Of a stretch of DNA of 64,000 nucleotides, positions 1-8,860 are shown piece after piece. Position numbers and translations under genes: made by a program. A model generated the notes under the pieces. The model saw nothing but the letters and a program-made list of their open reading frames with translations. It ran no database searches and was not told the DNA's origin. The stretch covers positions 288,001-352,000 of the forward strand of contig JAVJQW010000043.1 of NCBI GenBank assembly GCA_040218735.1. The letters are read 5' to 3'. The first letter of the stretch is position 1; each line of letters starts with the position of its first letter. Source of the DNA: Deltaproteobacteria bacterium. GTDB taxonomy: Bacteria; Myxococcota; Kuafuiibacteriia; Kuafuiibacteriales; Kuafuiibacteriaceae.

Positions 1-2971
1 TCGCGACGTAGGTGCCCTCGCGTTCGTCGATGTCGAGGTCGCCCTGCACGCTCAGCCATCGTGAGTCCGGTGACCACTGCAGCGCGGTCCTGGTGGTGGC
101 GGCCATGGTGTTGGGGCCGTAGCCCGGATGCTCCAGGTTCTGCGGTACCGCTGGGAACGCCCCCGTCATGTCGACGACGTAGGCTTCGAACTGCCACGGA
201 GTCTGGTGGTCGCTCAGCAACGCGAGCTTCGAACCGTCGGGCGACCAGATGTACGTCCCCGCCGTGAAGTTCGCCGGAGCGACGTCGAGGAGGCGCACGG
301 GTGCGCTCGGAGTGGGTCCCGTCAGATCCACGACGAACGGCATCTCTCGGTACTGAACCCCCTCCGGACAGCCGATGACGATCTTCGACCCGTCCGGCGC
401 GAGGGCGGCCCCCGCGCCGTGGTCGTCAGAGCTCCAGAAACACGACGACGGAGGAATGACGCCCGTGGGCCGCCCGATCGGGACCGGCGCGCCGACCACC
501 GCTCCGCTCACGTCGGACCACCAGGGCTCCCAGATCAGCGGGTCGTTGAAGGTACCGGCGTAGAGGAGCCCCCGCGCGTCAACGGTCCAGATCAAGTTGG
601 GGCTCCCGCGACCGATCCCCGGCGTCGCGTTCACGGCGCGCGGTGAACCGGGAGCACCTCCGCTGTCGACCGCGGAGATGTCGACGACCCACGGACGTCC
701 GACGAGCTCGGTGTCCGCGACGTACGCAATCTGCGAGTTGTCGGGCGCGAACACATAGCCGTTGTCGACGACGGTGTGCGTCGGGTCGGTCCACGCGGGG
801 CTCACGCGCAGGGGTGGGCCCGGCACCTCCGGGTTGCTCAGGTCCATCACGAACAGCTCGTACGCGCCGTCGGTCGTCACATCCGCGCGGAAGGCGAGCA
901 TCGACCCATCGGGTGACCAGCGGAGATCCGCCGCGCCGGCCGTCGCGGTGAACGGGAGGCTCGCCGTCGCGCGCACGACGGTGCCCGGCGCGCCCGTCAC
1001 GAGCGGTACGACGTAGAGGTCCGCGCGGTCGTCGACGGTGAGGTCGCCGATGTACGCGAACGCCGCGCCGTCCGGCGAGAAACCTGCGAGGTTGATGTTG
1101 GAGAATGCGTCTCCGCCCGGCGGCGCGTTCGCCGGCGTCACGTCGATCGGAGGACCCGGCGGCCCGCAGACGTTGGCCAGGTGCATGCGACGTTGATTGC
1201 GCACCTCGAGGTCGTTGGCCATCGCGACCCAGCGGAACCCACTCAGCCCGTCCACGACGTCGACGGTGAACGTCGCGTCGTCGGTCTGTCCGAACAGGTC
1301 CGTCACGCGCACCGTGAACGTGTAGCTCCCAGTCTGTTCGCCCAGGCCGCCGTCGATGCGCGCCGTCGGGTCGCCGGTCGGCGACAAACGAAGGCCGGGC
1401 GGCAGCGCGCCCGCGGTGATGCTCCACACGTAGTCGACGTTGGATCCACCGGTCGCAGTGAGGGGCTGGTGGTAGCCGTCGCAGACGACGGCGTCGGGCA
1501 GCGTGGAAGTCACGATCGTGGGGAGCGTCGAGGGGAGGTCGACCGTGAGCTCGACGTTCGCGGTGGCCTCCTGACCGCTCGTATCGGTCACCGCGATCGT
1601 CACGGTGAACGTACCGAGCTCGAGGGGGAGGCCGCTGACCTCGACGGCCGGCGTTCCGTCCGTTCCCAAGCTGACTCCGCTCGGCAAGCTACCTTGCGCG
1701 ACGCGCCAGGCGTAGGGGCCGGCGCCGCCCGTCGCGCTCACCGTCGCGACGTAGGGCTCTGCGCCGCGCGCGTTCGGGAGCGCGATGAGTGGCTCGCCTT
1801 CGATGACGAGCGGCTCCAGCACGTCGAGCGTGAAGTCGCGTTCGTCTCCCGCGCCCGCTGCGTCGACGACGGAGATCTCGAAGTCGAACGTCCCCGTCTC
1901 CACGGGTGTCCCGGTCAGCTCGACGTTCGGCGCACCCATCTCGGGCAGCGTGAGGCCACGGGGGAGGGCGCCGGTGACGGTCCAGCGGTACCCGACGAGG
2001 CTCCCGGAGGTGGTCTCGATCGTCACGGAGTACGGTTCCCCGCGAATGGCGGGGGGGAGCACCGAGGTCGTGAGGGTGACGGTGCGTCCGACGTCGATGA
2101 TGAAGATGCGCTTCGTCGTCGCCCCCGTCGCGTCCTCGACCTCCACCTCGAAGTCGTAGCGGCCGACGGTCGTCGGCGTGCCGCGGAGCCGCGCCGACGT
2201 GCTCGTGGCGCTCGACAACGTGATCCCCGGCGGTGGGTTACCTGCGGTCGTTCGCCAAGCGTACGGGGCGACTCCTCCCTCCACTTCGATCGTCGCTTGG
2301 TAGGGTGTCTGGTATGCGGCGCGCTCCAGAGTGCGGGTGACGAAGCGCAGTCCGCCGTTCGCGAGCTCCAACTCGAATGCGCGCGTGGCGCGGACGAGAC
2401 CGGCGTCTTCGACCTGGACCGTGAAGCGATGTGTCCCATCGGTGCCGCTCGCCGGGGACCCGGTGATCGAGGTCGACGGGGTCCCGGCGCGGTCGAGCGC
2501 GAGCCCGTCGGGGAGGGCACCCTCCACGACGCTCCAGATGCGGTCTCGACCGCTGCCGCCGACGGCTTCGATCGTCGCGGCGTACGCCGTCTCCGACGCA
2601 CCGTCGGGGAGGGCGTCCGTGGTGATCTGGAGCGGCGCGACGACCTCGAGTCCGAACGTACGCTCGGCGACTCCGCCATCGGCGTCCTCGACCCGGACGG
2701 TCACTTCGAAGTCACCGACCTCCAACAGCTCGCCGCCGAGCGACGCCGTGCGGTCGCCGGTCCCGAGCGTCAACTCCTCAGGTGCGTCCGCGCCGAGGCT
2801 CCATGTGAAGGGCTCCGCCCCGCCCATCGCGGTGACCTGTGCGGCGTACGGTTGGCTCACCACGGCGATCGGGAGGGCAACCGTCGCGATCGACACGTCT
2901 TCGCCCGAACCGCACGCCGCGGCGGCGAGCGCCGCGAGGACGACGACGGGCTTTGATTCACGAAACTCCAC
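1..2971 (-). CDS. Large lipoprotein with tandem putative-Ig (He_PIG-like) repeats and a C-terminal TolB/PD40-like beta-propeller; 3' end runs off the window
   Basis: Absent from the ORF track (no stop in window); segments translated by hand on the minus strand: VEFRESKPVVVLAALAAAAC (lipobox), ...TLPDAVVCDGYHQPLTATGGSNVDYVWSITAGALPPGL..., then FSPDG/WSPDG/FAPDN blades. + strand ORFs 128..646 and 1181..2956 are its antisense shadows. Alternative GTG start at 3004. Confidence 0.8.
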   Translation of the reverse strand, partial: MEFRESKPVVVLAALAAAACGSGEDVSIATVALPIAVVSQPYAAQVTAMGGAEPFTWSLGADAPEELTLGTGDRTASLGGELLEVGDFEVTVRVEDADGGVAERTFGLEVVAPLQITTDALPDGASETAYAATIEAVGGSGRDRIWSVVEGALPDGLALDRAGTPSTSITGSPASGTDGTHRFTVQVEDAGLVRATRAFELELANGGLRFVTRTLERAAYQTPYQATIEVEGGVAPYAWRTTAGNPPPGITLSSATSTSARLRGTPTTVGRYDFEVEVEDATGATTKRIFIIDVGRTVTLTTSVLPPAIRGEPYSVTIETTSGSLVGYRWTVTGALPRGLTLPEMGAPNVELTGTPVETGTFDFEISVVDAAGAGDERDFTLDVLEPLVIEGEPLIALPNARGAEPYVATVSATGGAGPYAWRVAQGSLPSGVSLGTDGTPAVEVSGLPLELGTFTVTIAVTDTSGQEATANVELTVDLPSTLPTIVTSTLPDAVVCDGYHQPLTATGGSNVDYVWSITAGALPPGLRLSPTGDPTARIDGGLGEQTGSYTFTVRVTDLFGQTDDATFTVDVVDGLSGFRWVAMANDLEVRNQRRMHLANVCGPPGPPIDVTPANAPPGGDAFSNINLAGFSPDGAAFAYIGDLTVDDRADLYVVPLVTGAPGTVVRATASLPFTATAGAADLRWSPDGSMLAFRADVTTDGAYELFVMDLSNPEVPGPPLRVSPAWTDPTHTVVDNGYVFAPDNSQIAYVADTELVGRPWVVDISAVDSGGAPGSPRAVNATPGIGRGSPNLIWTVDARGLLYAGTFNDPLIWEPWWSDVSGAVVGAPVPIGRPTGVIPPSSCFWSSDDHGAGAALAPDGSKIVIGCPEGVQYREMPFVVDLTGPTPSAPVRLLDVAPANFTAGTYIWSPDGSKLALLSDHQTPWQFEAYVVDMTGAFPAVPQNLEHPGYGPNTMAATTRTALQWSPDSRWLSVQGDLDIDEREGTYVA

Positions 2972-3048
2972 GGGACGGCTGTGCCGTGAGTCGACGCGTT
3001 TCACTCTTTTTTCTGGCGGCGTCGGATTCGGTGCCGGTATTTTGCGCT

Positions 3049-4158
3049 GTGCGCCGCTTTGCCGTCCTCCTCCTCGTGACCTCGGCCTGCGGCTCGGCGC
3101 TCCCGTTCGAGCCCGCGGGGCCCGACGCTGCGCCCGACCCGTCGGTGATGGGGCCCTACGCGGTCGGCGTCCGGACGATCACCGTGCGCGACCCGCTGCG
3201 CACGGTGGAGGGGACGCGCGAGCCGGTGAAGCTCACCGTCGAGGTCTGGTACCCCGCGGACGTGGAGGAGGAGGGTAAGGAGATCTACCCGTTCCGTGAC
3301 TTCCTCCCGCCCGAGTATCACGAGGCTGCGGACCAGCTCGGGGGGTTCGAGACGAACGCGGTGCGCGACGCGCCGATCGTCGATGATGAGTTCCCAGTCG
3401 TCCTGTTCTCTCACGGCAGCGGCGGCGTGCGTGTGCAGTCGACGTTCCTCACCATCCCGCTCGCGAGCCACGGGTACGTCGTCGCCGCGCCCGATCACAA
3501 CGGCAACACACTCTACGATCTCGTCGAAGACGGTGACCTGGATCTGGAGTCGCTCGGTAATGGGTTGTTCGATCGTCCGAAGGATCTCATCGCCACGCTC
3601 GACGGGGTCCTCGATGAGTTCGAGGTCGACGAGGAGAACATCGGCGCGGCCGGTCACTCGTTCGGTTCGGTCACCGCGTTGCGCGCCGCGGCGCTCGACC
3701 CGCGCATCGACGCGGTCGCCGCGCAGACGCCGGCCAGCGCGGGGCTGACCTGGCTCGGCATCGACGCGGATCCGAGCGAGCTGGCGATCCCGATCATGCT
3801 CCAGGACGCCGGGCAGGACCGAACGCTCCCCGTCGATGAGAACGCGGAGCTGCTGTGGCCTTCGCTGAATCGGCCGCGTGCGTACATGTCGATCCTCGCG
3901 GGCGGGCACTTCACCTACAGCGATCTCTGCGGTCTCGACCTGGGGGTGCTGCTCGCGGCCGACGACCTCGGGGTCGGCGACGTCCTCAACGACGGCTGCA
4001 CCGAGGAGTACGTCCCGGCCGAGGAGGCGCACGTGGTCATCCGGCACTTCACGATCGGGATGTTCAACGCCTACCTGCGGGGCTCGCCGGGGGCCCGCGC
4101 GCAGCTCGACGACGCCGCGATCCTCGGTGAAATCGCCTCCTTCGAAGACGACCTGTGA
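3049..4158 (+). CDS. Lipoprotein alpha/beta-hydrolase (PAF-acetylhydrolase/chlorophyllase-like)
   Basis: GTG start giving MRRFAVLLLVTSAC lipobox; GPYAVG, VWYP, FSHGSGG, GHSFG nucleophile elbow, GHFTY. Confidence 0.8.
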   Translation: MRRFAVLLLVTSACGSALPFEPAGPDAAPDPSVMGPYAVGVRTITVRDPLRTVEGTREPVKLTVEVWYPADVEEEGKEIYPFRDFLPPEYHEAADQLGGFETNAVRDAPIVDDEFPVVLFSHGSGGVRVQSTFLTIPLASHGYVVAAPDHNGNTLYDLVEDGDLDLESLGNGLFDRPKDLIATLDGVLDEFEVDEENIGAAGHSFGSVTALRAAALDPRIDAVAAQTPASAGLTWLGIDADPSELAIPIMLQDAGQDRTLPVDENAELLWPSLNRPRAYMSILAGGHFTYSDLCGLDLGVLLAADDLGVGDVLNDGCTEEYVPAEEAHVVIRHFTIGMFNAYLRGSPGARAQLDDAAILGEIASFEDDL

Positions 4159-4210
4159 TCGCGCGCTCGGGTTGATTGGCCGCCGCCCGCGTGTGACGGT
4201 CCGCTCGCCC

Positions 4211-6244
4211 ATGCGTCGCACGCTGCTGGCCATCGCCGCCCTCGGTATCTTCATGGCGTCGGCGCCGGCCGAGGCCGCGAAGACCAAACGCATCCGCATC
4301 AAGACGGACCCGAAGGGCGCCGAGGTGCACCTCGACGACATCGCGAGCAAACCGATCGGCGTGACGCCGGTGCGCGTCGCGATCCCGTACGGCTACCACG
4401 AGCTGATCGTGATGCTCGACGGCTACGAGACGCAGCGGATCAAGCTCAACGTCGATCGCACCACCAAGGACATCGACCTGTCGTTGGTGCGGCTCGCGCG
4501 GCTGGAGATCTCGCCCGTCACGGGTGAGACGGCGGGGGCCGAGCTGAAGGTCGACGGTCGGCCCGTCGGCACGATCCCGTACAAGGGGTTCATGGTGCCC
4601 GGGCGGCACCAACTCACGATCGAGAAGGAAGGTTTTTCGACGTTCGCCGACTGGGTCGAGCTGAAGTCCGGCGAGGTCTTCGCGCTCTCCGTGAAGCTCG
4701 AGAAGGCGGCCGCGAACACGGGGACGTTGTTCGTCGCTGCGGACGTGGACGGCGCGACGGTGAAGATCGACGGTGTCGAGCGGGGCACCGCGCCGGTGAC
4801 GCTGCAGCTCCCGGTGGGGCCGGTGCTGGTCGAGGTGGTGAAGGCGGGGCTCCCGCCGTGGACGAACACGGTGCAGATCGCCCCGAACGCGAAGGCGATC
4901 GCGCGCGCGACGATACGTCCGAAGAGCGGACCGACCGGGACGCTGTTGGTGATCGCCTCGGTGCCGGGGACGAGTGTGATCGTCGACGGTGTGAAGACCG
5001 GGACGGCGCCGGTGACACTCGACACGATCACCCCGGGGACCCACGTCGTCGAGGGGTACAAGAAGGGGTACGACCGCGCACAGGACACCGTGAAGGTGAC
5101 GGCCGGTGAGCAGGCGGTCGTGAAGCTGGACCTGGAGATCGCGAAGGAGCGTTACGGCGCGCTCGCGGTGCGTTCGTCGGAGCCGGGCGCGATCGTCTAC
5201 GTCGACGGGAGCTCGCGCGGTCGTGCGCCGGTGGAGCTGTCGCAGACGAAGCTCGGCGAGCACGCGATCGTAGTGCGCAAGCGTGGGTTCCTCGACTTCA
5301 AGGCGTCGTGTGTCGTGAAGGAGCTGGAGCCGTGTCGCATCGTCGCGGACCTCGTGGCGCTCGCGAAGATTCGGGTGGTCGCGTCGCCGATGAAGGGGCG
5401 GTTGGCGATCGACGACAAGGACGTCGGCAAGATCCCGTACGAGGGCGAGGTCTCGGCGACGACGCACACGCTCCGCGTGGAGGCGAAGGACTACGAGCCG
5501 ATCGAGGACACGATCACGTTCGTGCGCTCGGACGAGGTTCAGGAGATCCGCTTCGACCTGAAGCCGTCCGAGACGAGCACGATGGCGATCGCGCAGCGCG
5601 AGGCGTCGGCGTACGCGCGGCGCAAGATCCAGTACGCGGGCGCGACGACCTACACGGGCGTCCCGCTCGGGCCGGGCATGAGCACGATCGACTTCGTCCT
5701 CGGCGCGCCGTACTTGCTCGAGGTCCAGGGCGGCACGGGCATCGTCGACGACCTCGCGGGGAGCGTAGGCCTGCGGTTCCTGGAGCGCGACACGTCCCTC
5801 GGCGTCGCGGAGGTCGTCTTCGGCGCGCACACCGGCAAGCGCCTGGTCGATGCGTTCTCGATCGGCGCCCGCGGCGAGCTGTTCACGGGCACGAACTTCT
5901 CGAACATCTTCGACCTCGGCCTGTCGGCCCAAGGCATGGTCACGCTGCACTTCGGCAGCGTCGGCGCCTTCACCGCGCTGATCGGCGCGGACGTCGTGCA
6001 CGACCGCTGGATGAAGGAACCCGGCGTCTCCCCGGACGGCGAAGTCGACGGCGACCAGACCACCGCGCGCCTCTTCACCGGCGGCCGCATCACCTACTAC
6101 TACTCCGACAGCTGGTCGCTCTTCGGCGCCGCCGACGTCACCCTCGCGGGGGAGGATCGGCTGCTGCTGCAGGAGGTGTTGTTCGGCGCGATCGACAAGG
6201 ACCCGCGGGTGTACGTGCACCTGGGCGCGACGTTGTCGTACTGA
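4211..6244 (+). CDS. Secreted PEGA-repeat protein with probable C-terminal outer-membrane beta-barrel
   Basis: Signal peptide MRRTLLAIAALG...AEA; repeated GAxVxxDG...GxxP PEGA units; alternating hydrophobic C-terminal strands ending in Y. Confidence 0.8.
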   Translation: MRRTLLAIAALGIFMASAPAEAAKTKRIRIKTDPKGAEVHLDDIASKPIGVTPVRVAIPYGYHELIVMLDGYETQRIKLNVDRTTKDIDLSLVRLARLEISPVTGETAGAELKVDGRPVGTIPYKGFMVPGRHQLTIEKEGFSTFADWVELKSGEVFALSVKLEKAAANTGTLFVAADVDGATVKIDGVERGTAPVTLQLPVGPVLVEVVKAGLPPWTNTVQIAPNAKAIARATIRPKSGPTGTLLVIASVPGTSVIVDGVKTGTAPVTLDTITPGTHVVEGYKKGYDRAQDTVKVTAGEQAVVKLDLEIAKERYGALAVRSSEPGAIVYVDGSSRGRAPVELSQTKLGEHAIVVRKRGFLDFKASCVVKELEPCRIVADLVALAKIRVVASPMKGRLAIDDKDVGKIPYEGEVSATTHTLRVEAKDYEPIEDTITFVRSDEVQEIRFDLKPSETSTMAIAQREASAYARRKIQYAGATTYTGVPLGPGMSTIDFVLGAPYLLEVQGGTGIVDDLAGSVGLRFLERDTSLGVAEVVFGAHTGKRLVDAFSIGARGELFTGTNFSNIFDLGLSAQGMVTLHFGSVGAFTALIGADVVHDRWMKEPGVSPDGEVDGDQTTARLFTGGRITYYYSDSWSLFGAADVTLAGEDRLLLQEVLFGAIDKDPRVYVHLGATLSY

Positions 6245-6411
6245 GAGGCGTGCAGCCAGAATCTGGCGGTCCGAGTGAGCGCGGGGCTTCGTCCGGTGGA
6301 CTCGTCGATCGTCGACGCTCGTCGACGACGGACTGTATGAACAGGGAGACGGGGAGTCCGGGAGCTTCTGAATCGAGCCGCATCCTTGGACTTCCTTGTT
6401 GTAAGTCGAAC

Positions 6412-8307
6412 CTAGAAGAAGAACCGCACCTGAGCGTCTGCCGCCTCGTACCCCCTTCGCCGATCGTAAGTCCCGCGCAGCTCCACGTTCGTGGTCAGGT
6501 TCACCGCGGCCACTCCGCGAATCGTGAAGGGGGCGCCGTCGTCGCCGGGGGCGAAGTCCGGGTAGGGCTGGCCGAGGAGGGGGTAGCGGTAGGAGGCCTC
6601 GACGCCGAGGCGGATGGGATCGAACGGGGTGAGGAGCGCGCCGACGGAGGCGCCGAGGGCGACGCGGTAGTTCTTCTCGAAGGCCGGGCCGGCGCCGCCG
6701 CTGGCGTCGAGGAAGGCGTACAGGAGGAGCTTGTCGGTGGGTTCCGCCGAGAGCCCCGGGCCGCCGGCGAGCTCGTAGTAGAGGCACGACGAACCCACGC
6801 AGCCGTCCTGGTGGAGGCGCTCCACGCCCGTCGATAGCCGCCACGAGGGGCGGAAGACCCACGCGTCGTAGGGCGTGAGCGACACGATGCGCAGCAGGCG
6901 CACCATCTCGATCGCCGGCTCGAACCCGCGCGTCGGCTCCACCGGGACGCGCAGCTGCGTGCGGAGGAACTCGATCTGCGAGCCGCGTACGTAGCCGTTC
7001 GCGAGGCCGAACAGATCGTGCAGCGCGAAGCGCAGCTCCAGCGATACAAACGCGCTCGCGTCGGCGCCCGCGCCGAGCGCGAGGTGCGTGCTCTCGTGCG
7101 AAAGCTCCGGTGGGTCACCCTCCTCGATCTCGAGCGTGGCACGGGGCACGCGAAGACGGCCGCGTGTGATCAGGATCTGCTGCGCGATGTCCTTCGGCGC
7201 GTCCTCGTCCTCCGCCGACCGGTAGCGGTTCAGCGCCAGCGCCGCGTCGAGCACCAGCGCGTGCCGGTCCTTCGGGAGCTCCACGTCGACGGGATCCGCG
7301 CCCGATGCGATCGCCTCTGCCAGAACCACCTCGCGCGGGCTCAGCCGCCCGCGCATCGCCAACATCTCGACGTACCGCGAGTGCCGATACCGCCGCGTCG
7401 TCACCAACCCTGGCTCCTCGACCACGACCCGCAGCGTGTCGGCCGGGATGACGTAGGGCCCGAACTGCGAGGTCAGCTCCAGCGTCGGCCGCGCCGCTTC
7501 CAACAACGACAGCAGGTGATAGGAGCAATTTTCGTCGAAGTAGAAATAATCGAAACTCACCTGCCCCAGCTCCCACAGGTGCTCGACCAGCCGCTTGATC
7601 TCCGGCTCCGACAAACTCAGGTCGTACTCCCACAAGTCACGTTTTTCGAGGTCGGAGTACTCCTTCACCTTCATGTAGTACGGCATCGTCGAGTACATGC
7701 CGTAGAACCCACCCGCCAAACCCATCACCGTGTAGAACAACGGGTTGTTCGTGGTGGGGATCGCCGCGTAGTTCACCGTGTACGCGACGAGGTCCGTGGC
7801 CTGACCGGTGTCCGTTCGATTCAGACGAAGGAAGGTGTGCCCGAACATCGACGCGGGGTTGTTGAGGTACGCCGCCGCGAAGACCACCGTCGCGGACTTC
7901 GCGTTCAGACGTTCGCGCCACCACTCGAAACGCGCGCACGGCATGACCGGTAGCTGCGCGTCGTCGAACCCCAGCTCGGCGCGCAGCCAACGGTACCGCG
8001 CCCGGAATCGGCACTGCGGGTGTTGGACCTCCTTCGTCTCCTCGACCGGCGGCGCGAAGAACGCCGCGAGCGTCGCCCGAAGCTCCGCGTGCGGATCCGT
8101 CTTGCCCTCGTCCGCGAGGAAGAACCGCTCCGTGTCGGCGGTGCTCTCGAACCCATCCCCGATCCACCGCGGCTCGTAGTGCACGAGGCGGCGCCAGGTG
8201 AGTGAGTCCGCCAGGCCGCGCGCGGCGGCCTCGGCGATCAGGTTTTCGAGGTAGGGCGTGGCGGTCGAAGAGGCGACCGTCGACAGCGCCAGCAGCGCTG
8301 GGAGCAC
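6412..8307 (-). CDS. DUF4105 (Lnb N-terminal-like) domain protein with C-terminal beta-barrel
   Basis: WRRLVHY, CRFRARYRWL, YLNNPASMFGHTFLR, RDLWEYDL, YFYFDENCSY motifs; C-terminal VRFFF. Confidence 0.8.
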   Translation of the reverse strand: MLPALLALSTVASSTATPYLENLIAEAAARGLADSLTWRRLVHYEPRWIGDGFESTADTERFFLADEGKTDPHAELRATLAAFFAPPVEETKEVQHPQCRFRARYRWLRAELGFDDAQLPVMPCARFEWWRERLNAKSATVVFAAAYLNNPASMFGHTFLRLNRTDTGQATDLVAYTVNYAAIPTTNNPLFYTVMGLAGGFYGMYSTMPYYMKVKEYSDLEKRDLWEYDLSLSEPEIKRLVEHLWELGQVSFDYFYFDENCSYHLLSLLEAARPTLELTSQFGPYVIPADTLRVVVEEPGLVTTRRYRHSRYVEMLAMRGRLSPREVVLAEAIASGADPVDVELPKDRHALVLDAALALNRYRSAEDEDAPKDIAQQILITRGRLRVPRATLEIEEGDPPELSHESTHLALGAGADASAFVSLELRFALHDLFGLANGYVRGSQIEFLRTQLRVPVEPTRGFEPAIEMVRLLRIVSLTPYDAWVFRPSWRLSTGVERLHQDGCVGSSCLYYELAGGPGLSAEPTDKLLLYAFLDASGGAGPAFEKNYRVALGASVGALLTPFDPIRLGVEASYRYPLLGQPYPDFAPGDDGAPFTIRGVAAVNLTTNVELRGTYDRRRGYEAADAQVRFFF

Positions 8308-8314
8308 GATGGCC

Positions 8315-8812
8315 TTACAGGTGGCAGGCGGCGGCGATCGAGTCGTGGCGGCTGAGCGAGACCTTCAGCATGTACAGCGCGTGCACCGGCGAGGTCTCCT
8401 GCTTCGGGAAGATCATCTCGAAGTTCTCCTGCGCGACGCTGGCGACCTCGGACTGGATGTCCTCGCTGCACGAGAACAGACCGGAGAGCGCCGCGAGGTA
8501 CTCACCGCCGCCCGCGGCGATGTCACTCTGCAGCTCGGCGTAGTTCGTCTCGAAGAACGCCTCCTGCTCCTTGTCGGCGAGCACGACGCCGCTGCGCACG
8601 CAGTTCGACGTGCCGGTCGTGATGCCGAAGGTCTGGCTGGCGAACGTGCCGTTCGTCGTGGCCGCGAAGACCTGCATGAAGCCGTCGGCGCCGATGATCA
8701 CGGAGCCGAGGCCGCAACCCGCCATGCCGTACGGAGCAGCGACCGCGTTGGCGCCGAATCCTGCGAGGGCAATGGCCGAGAGGGACAACAGAGCAACTTT
8801 CAGTTTCTTCAT
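8315..8812 (-). CDS. DUF3015 family secreted protein
   Basis: AAAGGA RBS upstream; signal peptide; YGMAGCGLGS, TNGTFASQTFGITTGTSNC, GGGEYLAAL; adjacent to DUF4105 gene as commonly seen. Confidence 0.8.
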   Translation of the reverse strand: MKKLKVALLSLSAIALAGFGANAVAAPYGMAGCGLGSVIIGADGFMQVFAATTNGTFASQTFGITTGTSNCVRSGVVLADKEQEAFFETNYAELQSDIAAGGGEYLAALSGLFSCSEDIQSEVASVAQENFEMIFPKQETSPVHALYMLKVSLSRHDSIAAACHL

Positions 8813-8860
8813 GATCATCGGTCCTTTCGCGCCAAGCTGTCCCACGCAGCCGACTTGCCG

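Noticed and set aside
1181-2956. 591-aa plus-strand ORF (similarly 4064..6862, 50264..53428, 32507..34579)
   Set aside because: Antisense frames of real genes; no domain motifs
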